From the NCBI GenBank assembly GCA_900315885.1, contig ONAT01000003.1:14307-78306 (forward strand): a DNA stretch of 64,000 bases, read 5' to 3'. This document shows positions 47,605-56,968 of the stretch, piece by piece. This DNA comes from an uncultured Erysipelotrichaceae bacterium (GTDB lineage: Bacteria > Bacillota_I > Bacilli_A > RFN20 > CAG-826). Each line of letters opens with the position of its first letter. Within the stretch, counting starts at the first letter, position 1. The notes below the pieces were generated by a model. The model made no database searches and was not told where the DNA came from. It saw only the letters and a list, made by a program, of their open reading frames with translations. Position numbers and translations under genes: made by a program.

Positions 47605-50196
47605 ATGTTAGAAGCAAAAGACAATGAATTAGACGAAGAATTAGACGACGAAATTGATGAAAATGAAGATCAAGAAGTCGAAGATAGCGAAGAATTCACT
47701 GAAGAAGATGAAAAAGCATTAGAGGACATTGAAGAAGGTATTGTCCCTGAAATGCGTGATGTAAAAATTACCGAAACAGTTAAGAGCTCATTCCTTGAAT
47801 ACGCAATGTCTGTTATTGTATCTCGTGCAATTCCAGATGTTCGTGATGGTTTAAAACCTGTTCATAGACGTATTATTTACGGCATGAACGAATTAGGTAT
47901 CGGACCAACAAAACCATTTAAAAAATCTGCGCGTATCGTTGGTGACGTCATGGGTAAATATCACCCACATGGTGACTCAGCAATTTATGGGTCTCTTGTC
48001 CGTTTAGCTCAACCATTCAATATGCGTTATACACTTGTTGATGGTCATGGTAATTTTGGTTCTATCGATGGTGATGAAGCTGCAGCTATGCGTTATACCG
48101 AAGCTCGTATGTCTAAGATTGCTATGGAAATGGTTAGAGATATTGACCAAGACACAGTTGATTTTATGGATAACTACGATGGTCAAGAAAAAGAACCAAC
48201 AGTGTTACCATCAAGATTCCCAAATTTAATTGTTAATGGTTCAAATGGTATTGCAGTAGGTATGGCTACAAATATGCCACCACATAACTTAGTTGAAACA
48301 ATTAACGCTATTCAAGCAATCGCTGAAAACCCAGATATCACTCCTGTAGAATTGATGACTACATGCATTTATGGTCCTGATTTCCCAACAGGTGGCATTA
48401 TTCTTGGTCGAAGCGGAATTAGAAAAGCTTATGAAACAGGCCAAGGAAGTATTGTTGTCCGTTCAAAAGCTGAAATTATTGAACACGAAAACGGCAAAAA
48501 GAGAATTGTTATTTCAGAAATCCCTTATGGAGTTAACAAAGCTTTAACAATTGAACATATTGCGCATTTAGTTAAAGATAAAGTTATTGAAGGAATTACT
48601 GATATTCGTGATGAATCTAATAAAGAAGGTATTCGTGTTGTTATCGAATTAAGAAGAGACGCAATCGCAGAAGTTATTCTTAATAAGTTATATAAGTTAA
48701 CCGCTCTTCAATCATCATTTGGTATTATTAACTTATGTTTAGTTAATGGTGAACCAAAAATCCTACCAATTACTGATTTGTTAAAGAATTACCTTGATTT
48801 CCAAGTTGAAGTAATTGGTCGTAGAACAAGAACTTTATTGAAAAAAGCGGAAGCAAGAGATCACATCTTACAAGGATTAAAAATTGCAATTGATAACATT
48901 GATGAAGTTGTCGATATTATCAAACAGGCTTCTTCAACAGAAGTTGCAAAAAATAATTTAATTTCAAGATTTGGCATTACTGATATTCAAGCAAAAGAAA
49001 TCTTAGATATGCGTTTATCTAAATTAACAGGATTAGAGAAAACAAAAATCGAAGATGAAATTACTCGTTTAAATGCTCAAATTGAGGAATATAAAGTAAT
49101 CTTATCTGATCGTAAAAACGAATTAAAAGTAGTTATCGACGAATTAGAAGAAATTAAAAATAAATTTGGTGATGAAAGAAGAACTTACATCTCTAACGAA
49201 ATCTCTAATATCGATGATGAAGATTTGATTCCGGAAGAAGAGATTATCATTACTCTTACAAAGAACGGATATATTAAACGTGTTGCTACCGATACATTTA
49301 GAACTCAAAATCGTGGAGGACGTGGTGTTAAAGGAATGCAAACACATGAAGATGATGTTGTGGATATCTTAGTACATGCAAACACTCATACAGACTTATT
49401 GTTCTTTACAAGTTATGGTAAAGTTTATAGAATGCGTGGCTATCAAGTACCAGTATTTTCACGTTCATCTAAAGGATTACCAGTTGTTAACTTATTGAAT
49501 CTAGAAAAAGATGAATTTGTTCGTTCAATTATTTCCGTTGATGAATACAAAGAAGGAGATTACTTATTCTTTGCTACCGAACAAGGCGTTGTAAAACGTA
49601 CAAGTATTAAAGAATATGAATCTATTAGACAAAATGGTAAAATAGCTATCTCATTAAGAGAAGGAGACCATTTACTTGATGTCAAGATGACAAACGGTAA
49701 CGCTATTATTGGTATTGCTTCAAGTTTAGGTAAGATGGTTAACTTCAATGAAAATGCGGTACGTCCAATGGGAAGAACTGCTTCTGGTGTTCGCGGAATG
49801 AACATTGATGAAGGAATTGCTGTTGGTATGGTAACTTCCTTAGAAGGTGAATATATTTTAGCTATTACTGATAAAGGATATGGTAAGATGACTCACTATT
49901 CTGATTACCGCTTAACTTCTCGAGGTACAAAAGGTGTTATCACTATTCACGCAACTGAAAAAGTTGGTAATCTTGTAACAATTCGCGCTGTTGATGGTAA
50001 TGAAGACTTAATGGTAATTACTAAAGCAGGAATAATTATTCGTATTCCACTTGACCAAGTCAAAGTTGCAGGACGTAACACTCAAGGAGTAAGAATTATT
50101 CGACTTGATGAAAATCAAACTGTTTCTTCTGTCGCTGTTGTAGAACATCAAGAACAAGAAGAAGTCGTTGAAGAAGAAAACAAAGAAAACGAATAG
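47605..50196 (+). CDS. gyrA: DNA gyrase subunit A (with acidic N-terminal extension and acidic tail)
   Basis: 863 aa; [28 protein letters not shown], active-site region AAAMRYTE; C-terminal beta-pinwheel repeats. Confidence 0.97.
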   Translation: MLEAKDNELDEELDDEIDENEDQEVEDSEEFTEEDEKALEDIEEGIVPEMRDVKITETVKSSFLEYAMSVIVSRAIPDVRDGLKPVHRRIIYGMNELGIGPTKPFKKSARIVGDVMGKYHPHGDSAIYGSLVRLAQPFNMRYTLVDGHGNFGSIDGDEAAAMRYTEARMSKIAMEMVRDIDQDTVDFMDNYDGQEKEPTVLPSRFPNLIVNGSNGIAVGMATNMPPHNLVETINAIQAIAENPDITPVELMTTCIYGPDFPTGGIILGRSGIRKAYETGQGSIVVRSKAEIIEHENGKKRIVISEIPYGVNKALTIEHIAHLVKDKVIEGITDIRDESNKEGIRVVIELRRDAIAEVILNKLYKLTALQSSFGIINLCLVNGEPKILPITDLLKNYLDFQVEVIGRRTRTLLKKAEARDHILQGLKIAIDNIDEVVDIIKQASSTEVAKNNLISRFGITDIQAKEILDMRLSKLTGLEKTKIEDEITRLNAQIEEYKVILSDRKNELKVVIDELEEIKNKFGDERRTYISNEISNIDDEDLIPEEEIIITLTKNGYIKRVATDTFRTQNRGGRGVKGMQTHEDDVVDILVHANTHTDLLFFTSYGKVYRMRGYQVPVFSRSSKGLPVVNLLNLEKDEFVRSIISVDEYKEGDYLFFATEQGVVKRTSIKEYESIRQNGKIAISLREGDHLLDVKMTNGNAIIGIASSLGKMVNFNENAVRPMGRTASGVRGMNIDEGIAVGMVTSLEGEYILAITDKGYGKMTHYSDYRLTSRGTKGVITIHATEKVGNLVTIRAVDGNEDLMVITKAGIIIRIPLDQVKVAGRNTQGVRIIRLDENQTVSSVAVVEHQEQEEVVEEENKENE

Positions 50197-50204
50197 TCTA
50201 AATT

Positions 50205-50236
50205 AAGCAAGCATGTGTTGTGCTTGCTTTTTTTCT
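50205..50236 (+). terminator. Terminator after gyrA
   Basis: AAGCAAGCA-7 nt-TGCTTGCTT plus T7. Confidence 0.85.
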
Positions 50237-50281
50237 TGCTTTTGTTAAAATATAAGAACAACGAAAGAAGAGTGTGAGTGT

Positions 50282-51145
50282 ATGAAAACTATATTAAAAA
50301 GCATCAAATTACCGATGTTGTTAGTGGCAGTTTTAACTTTAGTATCTAGTTGTAACAAGGACAATTCTACAAGTAATGATAATTCAGTGTCTGGTACAAG
50401 TAACGTAATTTCAAACGTAGGTAATTCCACCATTGCGGATGATAGTATACTTCATGATTCAAAATTTAATGGTTATTACGCTTCTATTGATACAACAAAA
50501 ATAGGCACACAATTATTATCTTCTTTACAGGCGTTAAACAGTCAAAAAAGAAAAAAAACTCCAGGGTATGGAGGATTATGGGAAGCATACAAGAAAACAG
50601 ATTATGATCCAAATAATCCAAGTAAACTAATTGCTTTTTATCGTGGAACCTCCGCGTCTAGAGATTCTATGAATAGAGAGCATGTATGGCCAAACTCTCA
50701 TGGTGGAAATTTAGTGGAAGGCGATGTCCATATGACACGACCAACGTTAAGTTCTGATAATTCAAGTCGAGGAAATTCTTTCTATGTTGAAGGTAAGAAT
50801 CACAGTTCAAATGGCTGGGATCCGTATGCAGATGGAATGACTGAATATTACCGTGGAATTTCTGCACGAATCATCTTTTATTGCGTTGTTGCTGCTCCAA
50901 AACTTCAATTAGTTGACTTAGATTATCATGCGACATCTAACAAAAATAAAGATTATATGATGGGAAAATTATCTGATTTACTTAAGTGGAATTTAAAATA
51001 CGATATTGATGATACAGAATTAAGAAGAAACGATGGCGCTCAAGACGTTCAAGGAAATAGAAACCCATTTATCGATGACCGCACTTTAGCGTGTAAAATA
51101 TGGGGCGACACAAATTCTACAACTCGTTCAATTTGTGGAATGTAA
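50282..51145 (+). CDS. Endonuclease I family lipoprotein (extracellular nuclease)
   Basis: 287 aa; signal peptide plus LVSSC lipobox; REHVWPNS, NSSRGN and GNRNPFID motifs of the endonuclease I family. Confidence 0.8.
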   Translation: MKTILKSIKLPMLLVAVLTLVSSCNKDNSTSNDNSVSGTSNVISNVGNSTIADDSILHDSKFNGYYASIDTTKIGTQLLSSLQALNSQKRKKTPGYGGLWEAYKKTDYDPNNPSKLIAFYRGTSASRDSMNREHVWPNSHGGNLVEGDVHMTRPTLSSDNSSRGNSFYVEGKNHSSNGWDPYADGMTEYYRGISARIIFYCVVAAPKLQLVDLDYHATSNKNKDYMMGKLSDLLKWNLKYDIDDTELRRNDGAQDVQGNRNPFIDDRTLACKIWGDTNSTTRSICGM

Positions 51146-51165
51146 TAAATAAAGCAATCAATAGT

Positions 51166-51190
51166 AAAGCAGGGACGACCTGCTTTTTTC
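51166..51190 (+). terminator. Terminator after the first nuclease gene
   Basis: AAAGCAGG-5 nt-CCTGCTTT plus a T-run. Confidence 0.75.
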
Positions 51191-51248
51191 TTTTATTTTG
51201 AAGCAAAAAGTTATATAATCTAATTACGTCATAATGTGAGGTATACAT

Positions 51249-52263
51249 ATGAAAAACAAATTTAAGACCAATATAGTCTTTGCTTTATTAGTTGTGTTAT
51301 TATCAGGATGCAGCACATCTAATAATAATTCAATTAATAATTCCACTAATCCAATTGGAAGCGCAAGTGTTACGACTCCGAGTGTAACATTACCGGATTC
51401 TAATGTTCCTAGTGTAACCATTCCTAGTGTAACTGTCCCTAGTACAAATCCACCAGTTTCCAATACTCCAAGTGCAAGCACAAAACCATCTGAAATAAGT
51501 ACAAAGCCAAGTCAATCAACAAGTCAAACATCAGCAGGTGTAGTCGAAGGAAAATGGCAATATTTCTTACAAAGCGATAGTTCTGCAAGTAGAGATTTTA
51601 TGCGAACACCATATATCGAAGGTGTTACCCCATCAGTTGATGATAGTTACTATAGTTCTGCATTTGGAAAAAGTGGATCGAGTTTATTAAATTCACTTAA
51701 ATCAATTGTAGGAGGATCTATATCAAGAAGTTACGATTGGTCAAGATTTGAAAAAGTTGATGAAGACCCAAACAATTCAAGTAACGTATTTTGTATTTAC
51801 AGTCGTACTTCATATGGAAAGAGCGCTCATGTGAATGGCGCAAATACATGGAATAGAGAACATACTTATCCTCAATCAAAAATTTCTAAAGAAGCCGCTA
51901 AAGATTCAATTTTGATTTTTGCTGATGACTGGAAAACAAACGGAGCAAGAAGTAACTATGTTTTTGGAGAAGTAGCACATAATTCATCAACTGCTGTTAA
52001 AGACTCTGCAAATAGAGTGACAGCAAATTATAGACAAGGTTCAACATTTGAACCTTGTGATGCTGCAAAAGGAGAAGTTGCAAGAGCGACTTTATATACT
52101 TACGTTGTATACGGACATAGTGTCACAGGATTTGTGTTTAAAATGGAATAGAGAATTCCCGGTTACAAGTTGGGAAATATTGAGAAATAATAGAAACTAT
52201 TCCGTTCAAAGAAATAGAAATCCATTTATTGATCATCCAGAATTTGCAGATTTATTATTCTAG
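51249..52263 (+). pseudogene. Second endonuclease I family lipoprotein paralog, reading frame broken near the 3' end
   Basis: Frame 1 (51249-52151): LLSGC lipobox, S/T/P linker, REHTYPQS, NGARSN, then stop after ...YGHSVTGFVFKME. The conserved C-terminal LKWN...RNRNPFIDHPEF motif continues in the +1 frame to 52263. Confidence 0.65.
51378..51452 (+). repeat. Imperfect tandem 15-nt repeats encoding P-S-V-T-x units
   Basis: ccgagtgtaacatta / ccggattctaatgtt / cctagtgtaaccatt / cctagtgtaactgtc / cctagtacaaatcca, within the linker of the second nuclease paralog. Confidence 0.8.
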
Positions 52264-52269
52264 AAACAA

Positions 52270-52298
52270 TTGAAATTTATTTAATAAAGTAATAGAAT
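52270..52298 (+). promoter_or_regulatory. Candidate sigma-A promoter of the serS T-box leader
   Basis: TTGAAA - 17 nt - TAGAAT. Confidence 0.5.
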
Positions 52299-52304
52299 AA
52301 TTGT

Positions 52305-52521
52305 GCTCAATGATTGAGAACAATATTAAGAAATTGTTTTTAGAGAGTTGCTGTTTGGTGAAAAGCAATAACAAAACTTAATTAATCCGTCTCATAGAGA
52401 GAACTTAATCGTTCCGTAACTTTGCGTTAAAAAGAATAAAGTAATGCAAAAAAAGCATTAAAAATTGGGTGGTACCACGGTTATTTACGTCCCTTATAGG
52501 GGCGTTTTTATTTTAGGAGGA
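52305..52521 (+). promoter_or_regulatory. T-box leader (tRNA-sensing riboswitch) controlling serS
   Basis: AGAGAG bulge and GGTGAAA distal-loop motifs (52342-52362), stem III AATGC-A7-GCATT. T-box sequence AAATTGGGTGGTACCACGG (52462-52480). Terminator ACGTCCC-TTAT-AGGGGCGT plus U-run (52487-52512) just before the serS RBS. Confidence 0.8.
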
Positions 52522-52528
52522 TACAAAA

Positions 52529-53806
52529 ATGTTAGATTTAAATTTAATTAAAACCAAACCAGAGTATGTAAAAGCCGCACTTAAGAAAAAAGGATGGGAT
52601 GTTGATTTCACTGATGTCATCGCAAAAATGGATGAAAGATTATCTTTGATTCAAAAAGTTGAAACGGTTAAGGCTGAAATTAATAAGCTTTCTGCGTCTG
52701 TCCCACAAGTTAAAAAAGATGGCGGAAATGTTCAAGAAATTTTCTTAAAAGTTAAAGAATTGAAGAATCAAAATGTTGAAAACGAAGAGAAATTAGCGCA
52801 AATAGAAGCTGATATCAAAGGATTTGTTGAAACATTGCCTAACTTACCAGATGATGATTTGTTACCAGGAGAAAAAGAAAACAATCGACCAATTTATACA
52901 TTTGGTAAAAAACCAGAATTTGATTTCAAACCAAAAGACCATGTTGAATTAGCAGAATCTTTAGGTTTAGTTGATTATGAAAGAGCAGCTAAGATTTCTG
53001 GAAGAGGCACTTGGATTTATACAGGATTAGGTGCTCAATTAGAATGGGCGTTAGTCAATTATTTTATTAATACGCATTTAAAAGATGGTTATACAATGAT
53101 TTTGCCACCACACTTACTTAATGAAGAAAGTGGTTATACGGCGGGACAATTCCCAAAATTTAAAAACGATGTTTTTTGGCTTGAAGGGCAAGATAAATTT
53201 ATGCTTCCAACTGCGGAAACTGCGCTTGTCAATTTACACCGTAAAGAAATCTTAAATGAAGATGAATTGCCAAAGAAATATTTTGCTTATACACCATGTT
53301 ATCGCTGTGAAGCTGGTAGTTATCGTACCGAAGAACGTGGAATGATTCGTGGATATCAATTTAACAAAGTTGAAATGGTCCAATACACAACTGAAAAAGG
53401 ATCGGACGCTGCGTTTGAAGAATTAGTAAGAAAAGCGGCCGCTTTGGTAGAAGGATTAGGCTTACACTTCCAAATCTCTAAATTAGCAGCAGGAGACTGC
53501 TCACACTCTATGGCGAGAACTTATGATGTAGAAATTTGGATTCCATCTATGGGCATCTATAAAGAAGTCTCATCTGCCTCTAATGCACGTGATTATCAAG
53601 CAAGACGCGGACAAATTAGATATCGTGATAAAGAAACAGGAAAGACTAAATATTGTCACACATTGAATGCTTCAGGTTTGGCAACAAGTCGTTTGTTCCC
53701 TGCTTTACTAGAACAATGTCAACAAAAAGATGGTTCTGTTATTATTCCTGATGTCTTAGTACCTTATATGGGTGGAATAAAAGTTTTATATCCAAAGAAA
53801 AAATAA
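52529..53806 (+). CDS. serS: Serine--tRNA ligase
   Basis: 425 aa; N-terminal coiled-coil arm, class II motifs (TAE...LPKKY, RGMIRGYQFNKVE, NASGLATSR). Confidence 0.96.
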   Translation: MLDLNLIKTKPEYVKAALKKKGWDVDFTDVIAKMDERLSLIQKVETVKAEINKLSASVPQVKKDGGNVQEIFLKVKELKNQNVENEEKLAQIEADIKGFVETLPNLPDDDLLPGEKENNRPIYTFGKKPEFDFKPKDHVELAESLGLVDYERAAKISGRGTWIYTGLGAQLEWALVNYFINTHLKDGYTMILPPHLLNEESGYTAGQFPKFKNDVFWLEGQDKFMLPTAETALVNLHRKEILNEDELPKKYFAYTPCYRCEAGSYRTEERGMIRGYQFNKVEMVQYTTEKGSDAAFEELVRKAAALVEGLGLHFQISKLAAGDCSHSMARTYDVEIWIPSMGIYKEVSSASNARDYQARRGQIRYRDKETGKTKYCHTLNASGLATSRLFPALLEQCQQKDGSVIIPDVLVPYMGGIKVLYPKKK

Positions 53807-53826
53807 ATTATATAAATTAAATAAAA

Positions 53827-53855
53827 GTGACTGGTTAAAAAAATCAGTCATTTTT
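53827..53855 (+). terminator. Terminator after serS
   Basis: TGACTG-11 nt-CAGTCA plus T5. Confidence 0.6.
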
Positions 53856-53894
53856 AATAGGATTTGAGTTATAAACTGAAGATTACCATAAAAC

Positions 53895-53924
53895 TTGCAT
53901 TTTCTTTTACTTTTTAGATATAAT
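53895..53924 (+). promoter_or_regulatory. Candidate sigma-A promoter of the SRP RNA
   Basis: TTGCAT (53895-53900) - 18 nt - TATAAT (53919-53924), 6 nt before the RNA helix. Confidence 0.55.
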
Positions 53925-53930
53925 AATAAT

Positions 53931-54012
53931 GCCATTGCGATGGGTAAGTGTGAACCTGGTCAGGACGGGAACGTAGCAGCCATAAGCTTCTTATTCATGT
54001 GCAATGGTTTTT
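53931..54012 (+). ncRNA. ffs: Small (4.5S-type) signal recognition particle RNA
   Basis: GCCAUUGC...GCAAUGGU closing helix. Domain IV core GGUCAGG-ACG-GGAA-CGU-AGCAGCC has the GGAA tetraloop and conserved AGG/AGCA loops. U-run at the 3' end. Confidence 0.8.
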
Positions 54013-54022
54013 TGGTGGTGAA

Positions 54023-54478
54023 AACATGAAAAGCGACGAATATTTTATGAAACAAGCATTAAAAGAAGCTAAAAAGAGTGCGGCTTTAGACGAAGTTCCA
54101 GTGGGAGCGGTTATTGTTTGTGATGATAAAATTATTGCTCGAGGACATAACTTAAGAGAAAAGAAACATGACCCAACTGCACATGCGGAAATTGTGGCAA
54201 TAAAAAAGGCCTGTAAAAAAAGAGGCAGTTGGCGATTAGAGGATTGCAAAATATATGTAACTTTAGAACCTTGTTCGATGTGTGCGGGGGCAATTTTATG
54301 GTCGAGAATGTTAGAAGTTGTTTTTGGAGCGTTTGACCCCAAGGGTGGGGCGCTTGGTTCATGTTTTAACCTTTATAATCAAAAAGGACTAAATCATTAT
54401 CCTCTTGTTAAATCAGGAATTTTAAAAGAAGAAGCAGGAGAATTATTAAAATTATTTTTTAAAAGTAAGCGCAAATAG
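54023..54478 (+). CDS. tadA: tRNA adenosine(34) deaminase
   Basis: MKSDEYFMKQALKEAKKS..., HAE and PCSMCAGA zinc motifs. ATG 54023 follows GGTGGTGA; the track's upstream start overlaps the SRP RNA. Confidence 0.92.
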   Translation, partial: NMKSDEYFMKQALKEAKKSAALDEVPVGAVIVCDDKIIARGHNLREKKHDPTAHAEIVAIKKACKKRGSWRLEDCKIYVTLEPCSMCAGAILWSRMLEVVFGAFDPKGGALGSCFNLYNQKGLNHYPLVKSGILKEEAGELLKLFFKSKRK

Positions 54479-54496
54479 TATAAATGCGCTTTTTTA
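54467..54496 (+). terminator. Terminator overlapping the tadA stop
   Basis: AAGCGCA-11 nt-TGCGCTT plus T6. Confidence 0.7.
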
Positions 54497-54521
54497 TTTA
54501 CAAACTATAATAGGTGATTTG

Positions 54522-54866
54522 ATGACGAAATTTGAAAAAATTATAAATGGGATAGCGATAGGTATTACGGTTGTATTATATGGCAGCATTATTGTATTTG
54601 TGGCGTTATTTTCAACACAAGCCGACATAGTTGTAGAAGAGAATGTTCTACAAGTAGATGGTATAGAAGTTGTTAAAAGAAAAGCAAATCAAAATGTATC
54701 TTTTTATAGCGAAAATGCTGATAAAAATTTAACTTTTTATGTTATCGTTGCTTTTGATTTATATGATTTAGAAAAAGAGCAAATATACTATACTGTAAGT
54801 GATGAGAAGCAAGTCTATTTTATTACTGTTAATTCCAATGAAGAAGCAACAGTGAATTACAAGTAA
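54522..54866 (+). CDS. Hypothetical membrane-anchored small protein
   Basis: 114 aa, one N-terminal TM helix (IAIGITVVLYGSIIVFVALF) then a beta-rich polar domain; no motif recognised. Confidence 0.5.
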   Translation: MTKFEKIINGIAIGITVVLYGSIIVFVALFSTQADIVVEENVLQVDGIEVVKRKANQNVSFYSENADKNLTFYVIVAFDLYDLEKEQIYYTVSDEKQVYFITVNSNEEATVNYK

Positions 54867-54984
54867 ATTACATTAATAATACTTATAGTATTAAAATGTT
54901 TGACATTAGGGAGAATAAATAGTATTATTTTAATCAACAACAAACATAGTTTGTTTTTATAGTTTGAAAAAGGAGGAACTTTTT

Positions 54985-56868
54985 ATGAAAAAATTAAAAG
55001 TCTTTGGCGTTATGGCTTTGACATTATGTGCCTTAGCTAGTTGTAACCCATCAAACAGTGGGTCTAACAAACCAAGTACAACTCCAGGTATAAAGGAGAA
55101 AGAAGATGTTGAAGGATTAAAGATGCTTTATACTTATGCCAAAGTATCTCAACAATTTGACTGGGAAGAGTACATTCGTGATGAAGCACAAAACCAATAT
55201 TATTACTACGATCGGGGTAATTCGTATGATAATAACATTTCAATTCTTAATCCTGATAACTTTGACGAAATCAAAACTAGCACTAAGACAAGAAAAGCAA
55301 AATCTGTTAGAAAAGAGGAAACTGGTGATGAACTTGAAGAAAATGGTGATCACAAGCAATTCCAAGGTGCTTTAACAGAAACAGAATTCTTCTCTTATAC
55401 AAAGAACTTGACAAGTTCCGCAAGTGTTAAGGATGTTAAGAAAATTAATGCTGAATCTAAAGAAGAATATAACTACATTTATTTTGAGATGGACTCCGGT
55501 TATAAATCGGATAAGCAAGAAATTCAATATTCTATTTACGATAACAACATTGCTTTCCAAGACATTAAAGAAACAAAAGAAGTCGCAACTGATAAAGATT
55601 ACATTCAATATGAAACCAAAGTTGAAAAATCAAAAAATAAGATGTGGGTTGGCTCTGACAATTTAACATTCTATAGTGTTATGCACAAATTACCTAAAGA
55701 TGGTGAGCAAGAACCAGTTTTAGGTGAAAATGAAAAATATCCAGTACCAGACAACTATCGTTCTATTTCTAAAGCACAATCCGCAATCACAAATCTTAGT
55801 GATGTCTTAAATTTCAAAATGAAGTCCGGCTTGTCAAAACTTATGCTTCAATCATATTATGAAGCAGTAGACTCTGAAGGAAATCCTTCATTTAACAAAC
55901 AATTTGAATGGTATTCTTCAACTAAAAACGAAACAACTGGTGAAGTGACGCTTGTTTATAACCACAACGAAACATTTGATGGTAAATATGCCGGACAACA
56001 ACAAGTTGAAAAGATTTATGTCTCTCTGAATGCTGATGCAAAAGTTACTGGTTATGGATATGATTTTGAATTCAAGTATTATGGTGAAACATTACAATCG
56101 TTTAATATGGCTTATAAATATTCTTACGATACTCTTGGTAATTACACTGAAACTGCAGAAGAAAAAGAAATTTTTAATCCGGACAAATATTATGATTATG
56201 GTTATCTCTTACCTACAATTGAAGACAAACCATTAGATGGTCAAACAGAAGAAATTTTACAAAGAATTTATCAATGTAGATTAGAAGATAAAATTAATAA
56301 GCCAACAGGTCTTGTGACGGACACGTATGCATTTACTTCTAAAGATTATTATCAAAATTCAACAAGTGATAACTATGATATTGAAAAACAAACAAGAACA
56401 GACTCAACTTTATATAACGATAATGTTGTTGTTACGTATTATAGTGAACAAGGTGCAGATTTGAATACATACTTCTATGCTGAAAGCGGCATGATTCAAC
56501 AATTTAATAAAGATGGAAATTCTTATATTATTAGAAAATTCAATGAAAGTACTTTATATGAAGATGGTAAAATCACAACACCTAACAAAGATGGTCAAGA
56601 TTTACAATATGGCTTATTAGATTTAACAATGGTTGATCAAATAAGTGCATATGTTGATAAATCAAAAACAAATCAAAGTGATTATCTCATTAAATACACA
56701 ACTGAGTTAGTAGCAGCGGGTATTGATAAAGACACAAACGAATTCGTTCCAGAACACTATGTCATTACTTTACAAGTTGCTATCCAACAACAAGAAACAA
56801 GTACTTCTGCAACTGTTGGAGCTTTAATTACTTACGAAATGGGATTCTATTTCGTCGAAGCCAAATAA
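54985..56868 (+). CDS. Hypothetical Tyr/Asp/Asn-rich lipoprotein
   Basis: ATG 54985 lies 7 nt after AAGGAGGA; MKKLKVFGVMALTLCALASCNPSN (lipobox LASC); 627 aa with no domain I recognise. Confidence 0.7.
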   Translation: MKKLKVFGVMALTLCALASCNPSNSGSNKPSTTPGIKEKEDVEGLKMLYTYAKVSQQFDWEEYIRDEAQNQYYYYDRGNSYDNNISILNPDNFDEIKTSTKTRKAKSVRKEETGDELEENGDHKQFQGALTETEFFSYTKNLTSSASVKDVKKINAESKEEYNYIYFEMDSGYKSDKQEIQYSIYDNNIAFQDIKETKEVATDKDYIQYETKVEKSKNKMWVGSDNLTFYSVMHKLPKDGEQEPVLGENEKYPVPDNYRSISKAQSAITNLSDVLNFKMKSGLSKLMLQSYYEAVDSEGNPSFNKQFEWYSSTKNETTGEVTLVYNHNETFDGKYAGQQQVEKIYVSLNADAKVTGYGYDFEFKYYGETLQSFNMAYKYSYDTLGNYTETAEEKEIFNPDKYYDYGYLLPTIEDKPLDGQTEEILQRIYQCRLEDKINKPTGLVTDTYAFTSKDYYQNSTSDNYDIEKQTRTDSTLYNDNVVVTYYSEQGADLNTYFYAESGMIQQFNKDGNSYIIRKFNESTLYEDGKITTPNKDGQDLQYGLLDLTMVDQISAYVDKSKTNQSDYLIKYTTELVAAGIDKDTNEFVPEHYVITLQVAIQQQETSTSATVGALITYEMGFYFVEAK

Positions 56869-56887
56869 AAAGTGTTGATAAGCAAAT

Positions 56888-56920
56888 AAAGAGTTCTTAT
56901 TTTAAGAACTCTTTTATTTT
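56888..56920 (+). terminator. Terminator after the 627-aa lipoprotein gene
   Basis: AAGAGTTCTTA-3 nt-TAAGAACTCTT plus a T-run. Confidence 0.8.
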
Positions 56921-56968
56921 ATTTTTATAAGAAAATGTATATAATTTATATGGAGGAAAATTTTTACA

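Noticed and set aside
52048-52263. 71-aa ORF as an independent gene
   Set aside because: Its only meaningful part (LKWN...RNRNPFIDHPEF) is the C-terminal motif of the endonuclease I paralog upstream. It is treated as the displaced 3' part of a frame-broken gene.
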